Shown here: positions 26,855 through 38,142 of the stretch, piece by piece
How the letters are laid out: every line of letters starts with the position of its first letter
Position numbering within the stretch: position 1 is the first letter of the stretch
Origin: a virus
Strand: one strand, 5' to 3'
IMG/VR virus record: IMGVR_UViG_3300025881_000008
Span: 40,075-104,074 of that record
DNA: 64,000 nucleotides
Notes under the pieces: model-generated
What the model saw: the letters and a program-made list of their open reading frames with translations, nothing else
Database searches by the model: none
What the model was told of the DNA's origin: nothing
Position numbers and translations under genes: made by a program

Positions 26855-29800
26855 TTATGACTTTATTTTTATCATAGGTTTGATGTCGTAAGAATATCCT
26901 AATCTTTTATTATATATCAACCTAAAATTCATAGGCTTTTGTTTATGTGATTTATAAGTAAAATTATTGTCAGGGGAAAATCCTCCGTCACCAATTAAAT
27001 TAATATCTACAGTGTTTACAATACTCGAAGCACTACCCTTAAAACGTTTAGTGTATAATTGAATAGAATCAACAACAAACTGTGATATAACATTTTTATT
27101 AATATAGAAATCAGCGTCGTCATTTAGCGTAGTCTTATCTCCGGCAGAATTTTGTGCGCTTACATAATTTCTAATGGCATTTAATACACCATCAGTCCTT
27201 AGAATTCTAGTAGCAACGTCTGTGATATAGAAATCAGCAATAATTTCATTTTCGTCTTCAAACATTAATACTTCTGTATCATTGATAGAGTTTTTTAAGA
27301 TCTCATCCAATTCTTCTTTACTTTCAATAACTTGATAGTTAAACGAATAAAGATTATATTCATTCTTAACTTTCATAGCAGTTGATGCTAAGTAAGATCT
27401 TTCTTCTGTATTGTCTACGGTTCCTGGAACATCTTCGCTTTTTCCACCTGAAAGAGATCTAGTGTAGTAACCAAAATCCCATGAAGATCTAAATACATTA
27501 ACATCTTTTTTAGAAATTGCAATCTCATCAATTAATGGATATAGTGGTAATTTATCAGAAGACTCTGACAATTTAGTAATACCAGTAGGATTAGTTTCAT
27601 TTATTTTATGATAGAAATGATTTTTAATTAATCCCCAGCTACCGTCATGTACGCCACCGTCTTGTATAAACCCAATATTAAATGTAGTACCACATCGATT
27701 GTATCTTTCATAATAAGCTTTAGCCGTAGTTAATTCGTAACTATTTGTAAGAGAGTGTTTGTACATTATTGATTCAAAACCAACTTCTCTTTGATCTGCA
27801 CTTGCTTGAATTCTATTAGATTTAAAATGAGTATACATGTCTGTGAATGTAACAACTGGTCTAAAATCTACCGTATATGCTCCAGCGTGTCTAATCAAGA
27901 ATGGATAATATAAAGCATCATCCTCTCTAGTCAAATTATATCCAATAATACCTTTAAACAGTTTATAACTTTTAGGTTTATCATTATCTTCTTCCACAGA
28001 AAGAGTTGCATATTTAACTATTTCAGTACCATCCTCGAAATTAATAGTAAATCTATTATTATTAATTGTACCATCTTCCTCGACCGTAGTATATGTAACA
28101 CTATCATCGTTTAAGTTAATCATGTTGGCTACACTGTTTATAGAAATCTTATTTAAAATAGTTTCATGTATATTAGTACCTCCATCGACATATGAATATT
28201 TTATTCTTCTTTGGATGTTATTAGGTAAATATGCTACGTCTAAAACATCGTCTGGATCGTTTACATTAACTGGAGGTCCAACAACTTTAATGGTACTTGA
28301 GTTTTCAACAGAGTACACTTTAAACTTATAGATAGTATTACCAGGCGTAGTTGGATATAAATCCATTAACACATCACCGTATAATCCATTTTCACCTAAA
28401 ACAATTTGATTTTCAAAATCAGGGATACTTCCGTCAAAATGATTTATACCTTCAATCGTATATGGTGAACCTTCAGAGAAATTTGCAGTATTCCAACTTA
28501 ATGCACCGTCAAATGGTGTATTCGCATAAGTATAATCTTCTATTGTGTGATCGTATACGATTTTGTGTTTTAATTCATATAACATTTTTCTGTTCATATT
28601 ACCTTTAATCCAGTAATCACCAAGATTTAAAGTAATGAAGAATATTACAAACTTAAACTTTTTATTTTGTATTATTTCAAATTCAACATCGTTATTAGTA
28701 ACATCATTATTAGTTTTTAATAGAATACTAAACTTATATCCATTAAACTCACTGCTTTTCACAAAGTCTAGCGCGGTTTTATTGGTAAATTCTTTTCTAT
28801 TTTTTAAGACAACTTTTAAACCTTTAAATATAGTACTCGCAAAGGCACCAGTATCTCCGCCGTCAATTAAAGTATATTTCTTTTTAAGGTCAGTCTTAAA
28901 AAACGTGTTATTAATATCATCTGGGTTTAAATAACCCCTAGTATACCCGCCGAATGTATCATATATGCCCTGAACATCATCACTGTTTAGATTCTTTTCA
29001 AATCCTTCAGTAATCATAAATTTATCAAAATAATTATTCTTAGTACTCTTAAATAAATTTGGAGTTAATTCAAAATCCTCTATAAAATTAATATATGAGA
29101 ATGTGTTGTTTAATTCATCATATCTTAAATAACTAGGTTTCTTCTCCATATAGAACCACTCATGTGTCATATCATCTTTACTACGTTCAGTAGCACTTAA
29201 ATCAGGTGAAAAGTTTGTTCTACCAAATGCTTCGTTAGTATTTAGATAATAAGGTTGATCTCTAACTGTTAAAGAATCTTTTAAAACCCATTTGTTTATA
29301 TTTGGAACCACTCTCGAATTAGTGGCAAACTCTTTTAATTGATTCTCTTTTAGTCTATCAAATTCACTAGTTATAATTTCAGCAGAAATATCATCAACAG
29401 ATTCTTCTGATAAAATACCAGATAAATTAGAGAAATAATTAATAGGTTTTAGTGGATAATTATCGCTAAAAATATCATTAGCAGATAATGTTGTATTGTA
29501 TTCTCCCGTAATTGGATCAATATTAAGTATGGCATTTTCATATGGTTCATATGCAATATTTGCCGTAGTTTCATAATCTAGTTCTTTTAGATCTGAGTTA
29601 GTAGTATCATAAAAGTCAAAGTTCATATCGTATATGTTATATGCTGAAAATAAACCAATTTTTACAATATTCTCACTAAATACTCTAGCCTCCCCGTCTT
29701 TAATATCGGATTTTAAGCTTAATATTAATTTTGATCTAGTAGAATTAGGTATACTTATATCCTCTACAATATCTATTACTTCGTTAAATATACCAGCATA

Positions 29801-32800
29801 TTTAGTTTCTAAATAATCTCCTACTGAAATTTCGCTTAATGTTGTATTGTTTATGTAAACTGATTTACTAGTAGAATTACCTCCGTTTAAATAATGAGCA
29901 TCCCACTTAGAAAGAATGTAACCCGCACCTTTTCTTAATTTTAAAATATTATTAAAATCAATATTGTCAACATCTATAAAATCAATTACATTTTCTTTGT
30001 TAACTAAAACAGCATGTTGTAATAACCTATATCCAGGAACCCTAGCTTTAACCCAAAGATCAGACCCGATATTATAAGCATCTAAAGGACTATCATCTGC
30101 ATGAATAACTCCTGCTAATGCAGAGGCAATATCACTTAATGTACCTTGGTTAGAGAAGAATTTTCCACTATAAGTTCCTTTCGGTAAAGTATAATTAGCA
30201 GAATATGTTCTGTTTTGAATATTAATATTGGTTTGAATTTGATCAACTCTTATTATAGAACTTATAGCTCCGGTTACCGCCATGTTTAGATCACCTAGGT
30301 TTGTTTCAATCTCAGTTAAAACAATAGACTGTGATTGATAATCAAAACTAATGTGGTAATTACCAACAGCACTAGTCTTTCTGTAGATTGTTATTTTATC
30401 TGGATCACTTATCGCCGACTCAATATTACCAGCAGTCTCCTGAAGAGTAGACCCTAACAATAAAGAATTATCAAATAAATTGTGAGTTCCCTGTGAATCT
30501 TCTAATCGAATATTAATACCCTCTCCCGGTGTTTGTTTAATAAAAGTAAATTTATAAGACTCCTCTCTTGATGCTACCACAGCAATTTTATCATTACTGT
30601 CTGGCACATCTACAATAGACATTTTAACAAAATCGTAGCCTCTTTCGTCATTTTTTATTAGATCGACAGATTTGCCAGTATGTGATATACCTATAGTGCT
30701 AGGAATATCTCCAGTAGAATCATCAATTCTAACTTCTAGATTTAGAGAATCATAAAGACCTGAATTAGATATCTTATAGTATACACCATTAATTAATACA
30801 TAACCAAGTGTTGGCGTAGTACTCATTTGTTTATGTGTTGGAATTGCAGTTGTTGGTTTACTTGGATTTACCAAAGACGAAACCCCTGCGAATTTAATAA
30901 CATTATTAGATATTGAACTTATTTCACCAAAGCCCGAATCTATATCATCTACGTAAAGACCGAAATACCTATTAATGCTATAATCGCTAGAATCATTATC
31001 ATCAAATAAAAATTCTAAGTTTAAAAGATTGGCACATAAAATATTGTTTCTTCTAAAACCGTCTGTGATAAAGTCATTAGCTTCAATTAAAGCTTTATCA
31101 GTCTCTACGAAGTCTTTGTAGATATATTCACCCTTACTAGTTAATTCACCAGAAGACAAATCAATACCATTATAGTTAGTAACTTCATTTTTGCCAAGCG
31201 AAACAGTAATAGGTGATTTAGGGAATGTTTCCTGTTGTACATGTGCCCTGATGTATTTACCCAGGTTTGATTTTTTAGATAAATCAAAAGTTTTGATAAT
31301 CTCAGCGTTCCTTAATATCTCTTGAATCCTCCTAGCATTGTCTAAAGTAACACCAGATGCATCAACACCCCCTGGGTTTTTAACTTTAAATATAACAAAA
31401 TTGTTTGGCATGTTATTATCAGCCCAAATAGGTGCCAACATCCTATAACTCTCATCGTAGTTTTTAGAATAATTATATGTAGTACCATATTGATACTCTT
31501 CCTCTATTTGTTTATTATAAGAATCTAATACTGTCAAGTCCGACTCAGATCTTTTAGTTAAATAAACAAGATCAGATGTGGTGCCGTTTTTCTTAAAGAA
31601 ATTAGCAACATCGGTTGAATAATTACCATTAGGATTTATTGGACTCTTCTTGTATTTTATACCAGCTAAATCTTTACTAGCACTGATACTTTCCATATAA
31701 ACTGAACCATCTGAACTTGTAACTAGTTTAACGTTACCTGATAATTTGGGGTTAGTTCTTAATAGTGGTTTAGCTACATTGTCTAATTTATAGTTAGTTT
31801 CTGTTTTAAAGTTTGGTCCAGCAGAAACAGTTTCATAACCCTCAACAAACGGGAAAGTATATGTAGTTGTAACGCTTGAATTATCACCTATAACACAGAA
31901 ACTAGATGCTATACTTTCATATACATCAACTTTAACTTCACTACTTAAACCTATTTCAACGCCAGCTGAAACAACTGGCCTTTGTTGAGATGTGATACCT
32001 GAATCCTTAAGCAGGGCAATGGCATCGTCAATATCTTCTGCGGTTATTTTAACACTATACTCTAAACAACTATCAAAGCCGCTGGTCTTGATTACATTAC
32101 CAAATGATAAAGTATCAATAAATGTTTTTATATAGCTACCAGCATCACTAGAAACGTCCGTGTGTAGTCCATTAATAACATATATTGGCCAGAATAAAGT
32201 TTCTGTATTATTACCAGCCTCAGGCCCTTCTATTTCCGGATTTAATGAATAAAAACCATAAAATACATTTATATCATTTACACCAGGTTCCGGTCTAGAT
32301 ATGGTATTATTAGTTATGTTGGGCTTTATATAAGTCGAACACTGACCACTCGATACTATACTTGATCCGGAAACAGTAAGTCCGTCTGAGTCATAACCAT
32401 ACCATTTTAAATTAGCGCCATCGCCTGGATTTTCCCAAATTAAATAGCCAGAAAGATCATTAAACACATTTGATTCAAATAAATCTATTTGATCTTCGCT
32501 AGTTGCACCTAATTCAGTTTTATAAACAGGTGTGTTAGATTTAGCTAATCCTAAAAGATCAGTAAAAGGCGCAGTACCCTCTGGTCTAACATACCACAAA
32601 GTGGTGTTCGTAACAACGCCGTTACAAAATTCATTTATACTAGGATCTGATAAATTTGATTTGTTAGCTACTAAACTATATGTAACGTTAACAATATCCT
32701 CTTCACAATACCATTCAAATGTTCCGATAGAAGTTAATCCCCAATCATTAACCAAAGATCTTTTATAATATGTGCCAGCAGGAGCTTCGCTGTAAATACC

Positions 32801-34363
32801 ACTATCAATTAAACCTATCGTACTAGCGCCTCCGGTACTTGTATATAAATCTGAATAATATTCACTAATAAACAGAGGTGTGTTGTCAGCTACTAATTGA
32901 GAAAGTGTTTTTTGAGACGCGCCGTCATACCATACTGTTATTTCTTGATAATCTTCAGCACAATGTGTTATTGTGTTAGTTGCATATAAAACCGCAGTAG
33001 AACTAGAGTTTACCGAAACAGTACATGGAATAATACCATTAGTTACAATTTGACCGCTGCTGTTAATTTTTAATACACTTGTGGCACTATTATCTGAGAC
33101 AGTAATATACACATCTGTCGCGTTTGGTGGTGTAAATTTATTTAATAAAGATTGATCATAAAAAATAGAATCACCGCCAGATAATTGAGCAACATTATTT
33201 GCCTGCACGGTACTTCCGTAGCCAGTCGCCAGTGTTGGAGCGATACACATTGTATTAGGATCACTACCGAACGAGCTTATCTGAAAACTAAATACAGGAG
33301 AATATTCAACCTCAATATTGATAGTTGTTGGTGCAGATTCAGCGCCTTTGGAATCAATTGCTTTAATTACCCAACTATCATTACCAAAATAACCTGCATT
33401 AGGGGTATATGTAGCCCTTATAGAAGTGTTATCGTTTTGAACAAATGATATAGTTCCATTAGGGGTTGCTGTTATTTGTATAAACGATACTGGATCACCA
33501 TCAGCATCTGTCGCATTTACAATAAACATACTAGTGGTATTTTGTAAAACACTCGTACTGGTTGTGGTTATAACTGGTGCAGAATTCTCTGGATTAATAG
33601 TTATGATAGCAGGTGCAGATGTTTGATTTGCAGAATCTGTTACGGTAAACGTAAACGAATCAGAACCTGCCAGTGTTGAGGTATGTGTATAAGTTACTAT
33701 ATTACCTACAATAGTATATGTTCCTTTGGTAGGCGCCGCTACTATATTGTACGTTAAATTATTAGTATCAAAATCATCAGAACCAGATAGTGTAATAGTA
33801 ACTATATCATTCCATGCCACATCGTATGTTGCACTAATAGCAACTGGTGGATTATCTGATGTTGCAGTTGGTGTGGGCGTTGCAGTCGCTGTAGGTTCAG
33901 GTGTTGCAGTCGCTGTAAGTTCCGGCGTTGGTGTCGGAGTTGGAGTTACTACTTCAGTTTCAGTTGGCGTAGGCTCAATTTCAGTTTCAGTTGGCGTAGG
34001 TGTAGGCTCAACTTCTGTCGCTGTCGGCGTAGGTGTAGGCTCAACTTCTGTCGCTGTCGGCGTAGGTGTAGGCTCAACTTCTGTCGCAGTTGGTGTCGGA
34101 GTTACTACCGCACACTCCTCAATTTCAATGACCTCACCAACGGAACTGATAAGTAATACAACAGTATCATCACTTAATCGCCACCAAAGATCTTGTCCAT
34201 CAAATTGTGTCCCAAGTTCTAATCCAGGAGTCGTAAATAGTAGTGTACCTGCCCCTAGCGCGCCTTCATGAAATAATTCAGATAATTCAGTTGTTCCGGT
34301 TGCGCCACATGCTGTTATAGCACTTGAATAACCTAGATCAGTTTTTAATATGATTGATGCCAT
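26855..34363 (-). CDS. Giant (2502 aa) baseplate/adhesin structural protein
   Basis: N-terminal Cys-bounded repeats, PT-rich linker and two cadherin/Ig-like repeats (GSDSFTFTVTD; GNDSWVIKAID), then a long globular region. Confidence 0.7.
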   Translation of the reverse strand: MASIILKTDLGYSSAITACGATGTTELSELFHEGALGAGTLLFTTPGLELGTQFDGQDLWWRLSDDTVVLLISSVGEVIEIEECAVVTPTPTATEVEPTPTPTATEVEPTPTPTATEVEPTPTPTETEIEPTPTETEVVTPTPTPTPELTATATPEPTATATPTPTATSDNPPVAISATYDVAWNDIVTITLSGSDDFDTNNLTYNIVAAPTKGTYTIVGNIVTYTHTSTLAGSDSFTFTVTDSANQTSAPAIITINPENSAPVITTTSTSVLQNTTSMFIVNATDADGDPVSFIQITATPNGTISFVQNDNTSIRATYTPNAGYFGNDSWVIKAIDSKGAESAPTTINIEVEYSPVFSFQISSFGSDPNTMCIAPTLATGYGSTVQANNVAQLSGGDSIFYDQSLLNKFTPPNATDVYITVSDNSATSVLKINSSGQIVTNGIIPCTVSVNSSSTAVLYATNTITHCAEDYQEITVWYDGASQKTLSQLVADNTPLFISEYYSDLYTSTGGASTIGLIDSGIYSEAPAGTYYKRSLVNDWGLTSIGTFEWYCEEDIVNVTYSLVANKSNLSDPSINEFCNGVVTNTTLWYVRPEGTAPFTDLLGLAKSNTPVYKTELGATSEDQIDLFESNVFNDLSGYLIWENPGDGANLKWYGYDSDGLTVSGSSIVSSGQCSTYIKPNITNNTISRPEPGVNDINVFYGFYSLNPEIEGPEAGNNTETLFWPIYVINGLHTDVSSDAGSYIKTFIDTLSFGNVIKTSGFDSCLEYSVKITAEDIDDAIALLKDSGITSQQRPVVSAGVEIGLSSEVKVDVYESIASSFCVIGDNSSVTTTYTFPFVEGYETVSAGPNFKTETNYKLDNVAKPLLRTNPKLSGNVKLVTSSDGSVYMESISASKDLAGIKYKKSPINPNGNYSTDVANFFKKNGTTSDLVYLTKRSESDLTVLDSYNKQIEEEYQYGTTYNYSKNYDESYRMLAPIWADNNMPNNFVIFKVKNPGGVDASGVTLDNARRIQEILRNAEIIKTFDLSKKSNLGKYIRAHVQQETFPKSPITVSLGKNEVTNYNGIDLSSGELTSKGEYIYKDFVETDKALIEANDFITDGFRRNNILCANLLNLEFLFDDNDSSDYSINRYFGLYVDDIDSGFGEISSISNNVIKFAGVSSLVNPSKPTTAIPTHKQMSTTPTLGYVLINGVYYKISNSGLYDSLNLEVRIDDSTGDIPSTIGISHTGKSVDLIKNDERGYDFVKMSIVDVPDSNDKIAVVASREESYKFTFIKQTPGEGINIRLEDSQGTHNLFDNSLLLGSTLQETAGNIESAISDPDKITIYRKTSAVGNYHISFDYQSQSIVLTEIETNLGDLNMAVTGAISSIIRVDQIQTNINIQNRTYSANYTLPKGTYSGKFFSNQGTLSDIASALAGVIHADDSPLDAYNIGSDLWVKARVPGYRLLQHAVLVNKENVIDFIDVDNIDFNNILKLRKGAGYILSKWDAHYLNGGNSTSKSVYINNTTLSEISVGDYLETKYAGIFNEVIDIVEDISIPNSTRSKLILSLKSDIKDGEARVFSENIVKIGLFSAYNIYDMNFDFYDTTNSDLKELDYETTANIAYEPYENAILNIDPITGEYNTTLSANDIFSDNYPLKPINYFSNLSGILSEESVDDISAEIITSEFDRLKENQLKEFATNSRVVPNINKWVLKDSLTVRDQPYYLNTNEAFGRTNFSPDLSATERSKDDMTHEWFYMEKKPSYLRYDELNNTFSYINFIEDFELTPNLFKSTKNNYFDKFMITEGFEKNLNSDDVQGIYDTFGGYTRGYLNPDDINNTFFKTDLKKKYTLIDGGDTGAFASTIFKGLKVVLKNRKEFTNKTALDFVKSSEFNGYKFSILLKTNNDVTNNDVEFEIIQNKKFKFVIFFITLNLGDYWIKGNMNRKMLYELKHKIVYDHTIEDYTYANTPFDGALSWNTANFSEGSPYTIEGINHFDGSIPDFENQIVLGENGLYGDVLMDLYPTTPGNTIYKFKVYSVENSSTIKVVGPPVNVNDPDDVLDVAYLPNNIQRRIKYSYVDGGTNIHETILNKISINSVANMINLNDDSVTYTTVEEDGTINNNRFTINFEDGTEIVKYATLSVEEDNDKPKSYKLFKGIIGYNLTREDDALYYPFLIRHAGAYTVDFRPVVTFTDMYTHFKSNRIQASADQREVGFESIMYKHSLTNSYELTTAKAYYERYNRCGTTFNIGFIQDGGVHDGSWGLIKNHFYHKINETNPTGITKLSESSDKLPLYPLIDEIAISKKDVNVFRSSWDFGYYTRSLSGGKSEDVPGTVDNTEERSYLASTAMKVKNEYNLYSFNYQVIESKEELDEILKNSINDTEVLMFEDENEIIADFYITDVATRILRTDGVLNAIRNYVSAQNSAGDKTTLNDDADFYINKNVISQFVVDSIQLYTKRFKGSASSIVNTVDINLIGDGGFSPDNNFTYKSHKQKPMNFRLIYNKRLGYSYDIKPMIKIKS
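33860..34106. repeat. Tandem 33-nt repeats encoding a (PTPTPTATEVE)n linker
   Basis: ggcgtaggtgtaggctcaacttctgtcgc occurs three times, with degenerate flanking copies. Confidence 0.9.
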
Positions 34364-34418
34364 TTAGTTAAATCTTTTTATACACAGTCCACCTGTCTGT
34401 ATTATATATCCAGATTTA

Positions 34419-37400
34419 TTATGTGGCGAATCTCGTCAACTTTGCGGCTCTAATAGAATTTAAGTTTTTACCCTTAGGACTGTATTTAGCGAATACTTCT
34501 AGATCAAATGAGAACTGTTGATCATATTTATCAAATATATCTAAACCAATCTTTTTGGTATATGTTAAGTTAGGGAATTTTAGTTTAGCCTGTCCACCGA
34601 TTCTACCAATATCACTTGAAGCATCGTTACCGTAATAATCAGTCATTCTATATTGGAATATGATATCAACAGACAATGCATTGGAATTATCTAATGTGGC
34701 TACTCTACCCTTAATTTCTTTTCTACTCTGCTTGCTGTCACCGCCAACACTTAATGTATTTAAGTTAATCGGTGATAAGAATAAGAAAGCTCCACAAGAA
34801 CGACCACCTAAAAGATATTGATCATTAGCGCCAAACGACATTTTAAAAGTCCTATCGCCTTCTGTTATTAAATTAGAAGTTTTTTGGAATGCTAATTGTT
34901 TAGTAGCTTTAATTGAATTAACAGCAGATGGTGAAAAAGAATTTCCAATTAATGGACTACTATATACAAACGAAGTTCCACTCGCATACGTTGCACTTAT
35001 AGGCATCGTATATATTGCATTGTTAACCATTGATTGTATATTAGCCCTTTGCTCAGTATCACTAACATTATTTTCGTTTACTGCAGTTTCCTGTGCATCA
35101 GCGTATAGGTTTTCTAAATCCGGGTGGTCTTTATGAATAAACAAACCGTTGTTGTAATTTGCAGAACCTATTAATGCAGACGATGAAATACTACACACAT
35201 CAACTTTTGCTGCTGAAAATTCTCCGCTTAAGTTAGTTACTCCGCCATTATTGTATCTGCCAAAAGTTCCTGTCCATATAAAATCAACAGATGTACCATT
35301 ACCAGTTGGAGTAATTAAATCTACATTTGACGTCAATGGTTGGAATTCCGCGTAATTTAGTGAGTATTCATAATTATTTAATGAAGATCCCGTAGTAGAT
35401 AATAGAGACTCTGTTATGTATAGTGGGTTTTGATTAGAAACATCCATAAATCTAGAGTATACAAATTGTCCACGTCTTTGTGCCGATTGATATGGTGCTT
35501 CAGCCAACAAATCATAAGATTGAATCGACTTAGAATCTATATTTTGATATTGAATAGGAACCAAATCATATTTACCTTCTGATGTATAATAGTTGTCTGA
35601 GCTTATTTTATTATCTGTGTCATTTGCTCCATTATCATTTAAGGTAACACCAAACCCGTTATCTGCAATAGCAGAACCTGCTGCAGAAGATCTGTATGCC
35701 GGTAGATTTCTATCACCAACCAATCTAGAAACTAATTCTAATTTAGTGGCCTTGGTGTTTTCTAATAAAAGTTTAAATGTTTTAGTAACAATATGTCCTT
35801 TCTTAACTGTTAAACTTGCAACCTCATCTGCGTAATATCCAGCGAAGATTTGATTTTTAGTACCGTTATTAATAACAGTAACCGTACCATCCTCGTCCAT
35901 GATTTTAACAACCAATTCACCGATTTCAACTTCAACAGTACCTTTAAGTGCTGCTATTTGTGCTTCTAATTCGGCAATCTTATCATATACTGAAATTGGT
36001 TTTTGTTCAGCTGAAAGAAAACCAGACGCAATACTTGTAGCGTTGTGCGCATAATATTTTTCATTAGCACTAAAACTATCATCGATATGTGTAAATACGC
36101 CTTTAGATGTTAATTCTTCTGAAATTTTAACAGCCGCGGTTTCAGCAGCATTTGATAATAATAAAGATTCAACATTAGTTGTATCGATTTCTGTAATAGG
36201 GAAATCAATAGTGATTGCTTCTGACCAATCAGAATAAATCGGGTTAGCAGGATAACCAGCTTCAGAAACGGATTTAACTCTAATCTCTACTAATTCACCT
36301 TCGTTAATTGCAATATCTAATTGGTTAAAGTTAACCTCTTGCGCATCTTCAACCAAACTATTTTGCCACTCAAATTTATTTGTAAATGAGTTTCTATATC
36401 TGTCCCTAGCTTTAGTTTTAATTTCATTCCAATTTGAGAATACAGCTGTTTTCTCTCTAGTACCTTCGGTAAATGGAAGTTGAGTAACTTCACCTGCTTT
36501 TCCACTAGTAGACAAGTATCTATATTGTATAACAAATTGGACAATATTTTGATCTACTGTATCTGCAACTTTTTTTGCACTTGGTACAGACCAGAAACCT
36601 CTAACTCTGTATTTAGGCGTAACATTAGTTGCATTAGTACCTGATGCTAAAGATTGAATTTGATTAACAATACTGTTATAAAGATTAGTTTCACTAGTCC
36701 TCTCAGTAATAAGAGAGCTTAATTCATTTTTGTCTTTATCTTTTTGAATATTAGATTCATATTTCTTAGTAGAAATCTCAGATCTCTTTTTAACAATAGT
36801 TTCATCTAACTTCTTAATCTTTTCTTCAACGTTAACCTTATCAGCTGAAAGTTTCTTAATCTTGTCAGCCGCATCATTCGCTGTTAGGTGCGAGTTAATT
36901 TGTACTACCTTAAAGTTGTTAAGATTTAAGGTTGGAGAGTCTGGGGTAATACCCTGTGCTGCCGGTGGGATAGCATCCTCTTTAAGAGCGCTGATGTATC
37001 TACCAAAGTCAGCAACTTCAGTTTTGTAATAGTCATCAAGTCTAATTTCTGAGCCATCAGCCTGAATCAGCGTTAATTCATTTGTATATAAGCCAATACC
37101 AGGTGACCAGTTTTCAGCTAATATTTTTGAATCCGGATCTATTGCCTTAACAAAAACTATCATCCTCTCGTTAAATCCTACATTAAGGTCGATGTTTAAA
37201 TTAGCAACATCGTTTTTATAGATACCTAATTGATTCGCTCCGATTTTAATAGACTCATAACCCTCAACCGTTAATAACTCAACTTGATTAGTTGAACCAT
37301 CAACTCTTGTAATTTTATATCTAGTGTTCTTAGTGCCGCTCTGAACCATAAGTTCATCACCTGCTTTTAATACCTCAGTATCTTTAAGATCCTTAGTGGC

Positions 37401-38141
37401 ATCAGTATATGTTATTTTATCTAGTGTGTATAACTTTATAGCTTTTTTGGTAGTAACACCATCAACCACAATTTCCCTTTTAGAGTTGTTAATTTTTAAA
37501 ACATCAAACTTACCGGTAAATTGCGCATTTCTATATGGCATATCACGAGTGTCCTCATCTAGTGTGTATGAAATATTGTTATTACTAATTTCTTTAATTA
37601 TATTTGAGTAATTTAAACCCTCTTTGTTTTTATAATTAGCATTGAAAAATTCAACCGATACGGCACTGGCAGAATCAATTAAGATTCTTTTAACCAAGAC
37701 TCTTTCTGTATTATTAGGAATTTGACCACTAACATTAATACTAGTAGTTAACAACGGATTTAAGAAATCCTCAAAGAAATAGTTTGCTTTAGTTGCAAAG
37801 TTTACAGGTCTAGTGAAACTAGTAATATCATTAGCTGGTGTTTTAAGTGTAGAAGTAATAATATTTTGATAAGTACCGTCTGGTAACTTAATCCTAGTAT
37901 TACCTTTACCTAATCCAGATAATGATTTTAAATTCGTGTCCAATCTCTCCAATTCTCTCTTCATGTAACCGAACGATGGCACATAAACAGTTTTAGTCCC
38001 ATCAGTAGTTAGTATCTCAAGGGGTACATCTTTCTGATCAGTTGTAATCGCCTCATTAATTCTCTCAAATGTTTTTAAGGAATTTGTATTGATTTCAAGT
38101 AGTTTCTTGAGCGAATTAGAAATAGAGTTGTTAGTATTCAT
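34419..38141 (-). CDS. Large virion structural protein (baseplate-associated)
   Basis: 1240 aa with coiled coils and an FN3-like EIRVKSVSEAG..SDWSE segment; in the tail module. Confidence 0.55.
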   Translation of the reverse strand: MNTNNSISNSLKKLLEINTNSLKTFERINEAITTDQKDVPLEILTTDGTKTVYVPSFGYMKRELERLDTNLKSLSGLGKGNTRIKLPDGTYQNIITSTLKTPANDITSFTRPVNFATKANYFFEDFLNPLLTTSINVSGQIPNNTERVLVKRILIDSASAVSVEFFNANYKNKEGLNYSNIIKEISNNNISYTLDEDTRDMPYRNAQFTGKFDVLKINNSKREIVVDGVTTKKAIKLYTLDKITYTDATKDLKDTEVLKAGDELMVQSGTKNTRYKITRVDGSTNQVELLTVEGYESIKIGANQLGIYKNDVANLNIDLNVGFNERMIVFVKAIDPDSKILAENWSPGIGLYTNELTLIQADGSEIRLDDYYKTEVADFGRYISALKEDAIPPAAQGITPDSPTLNLNNFKVVQINSHLTANDAADKIKKLSADKVNVEEKIKKLDETIVKKRSEISTKKYESNIQKDKDKNELSSLITERTSETNLYNSIVNQIQSLASGTNATNVTPKYRVRGFWSVPSAKKVADTVDQNIVQFVIQYRYLSTSGKAGEVTQLPFTEGTREKTAVFSNWNEIKTKARDRYRNSFTNKFEWQNSLVEDAQEVNFNQLDIAINEGELVEIRVKSVSEAGYPANPIYSDWSEAITIDFPITEIDTTNVESLLLSNAAETAAVKISEELTSKGVFTHIDDSFSANEKYYAHNATSIASGFLSAEQKPISVYDKIAELEAQIAALKGTVEVEIGELVVKIMDEDGTVTVINNGTKNQIFAGYYADEVASLTVKKGHIVTKTFKLLLENTKATKLELVSRLVGDRNLPAYRSSAAGSAIADNGFGVTLNDNGANDTDNKISSDNYYTSEGKYDLVPIQYQNIDSKSIQSYDLLAEAPYQSAQRRGQFVYSRFMDVSNQNPLYITESLLSTTGSSLNNYEYSLNYAEFQPLTSNVDLITPTGNGTSVDFIWTGTFGRYNNGGVTNLSGEFSAAKVDVCSISSSALIGSANYNNGLFIHKDHPDLENLYADAQETAVNENNVSDTEQRANIQSMVNNAIYTMPISATYASGTSFVYSSPLIGNSFSPSAVNSIKATKQLAFQKTSNLITEGDRTFKMSFGANDQYLLGGRSCGAFLFLSPINLNTLSVGGDSKQSRKEIKGRVATLDNSNALSVDIIFQYRMTDYYGNDASSDIGRIGGQAKLKFPNLTYTKKIGLDIFDKYDQQFSFDLEVFAKYSPKGKNLNSIRAAKLTRFAT

Positions 38142-38142
38142 A

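Noticed and set aside
33860-34106. Regular ~33-nt repeats as a possible CRISPR array
   Set aside because: Head-to-tail repeats with no unique spacers, in frame within a CDS encoding a PT linker. The same applies to the repeats at 24833, 55437 and 60974.
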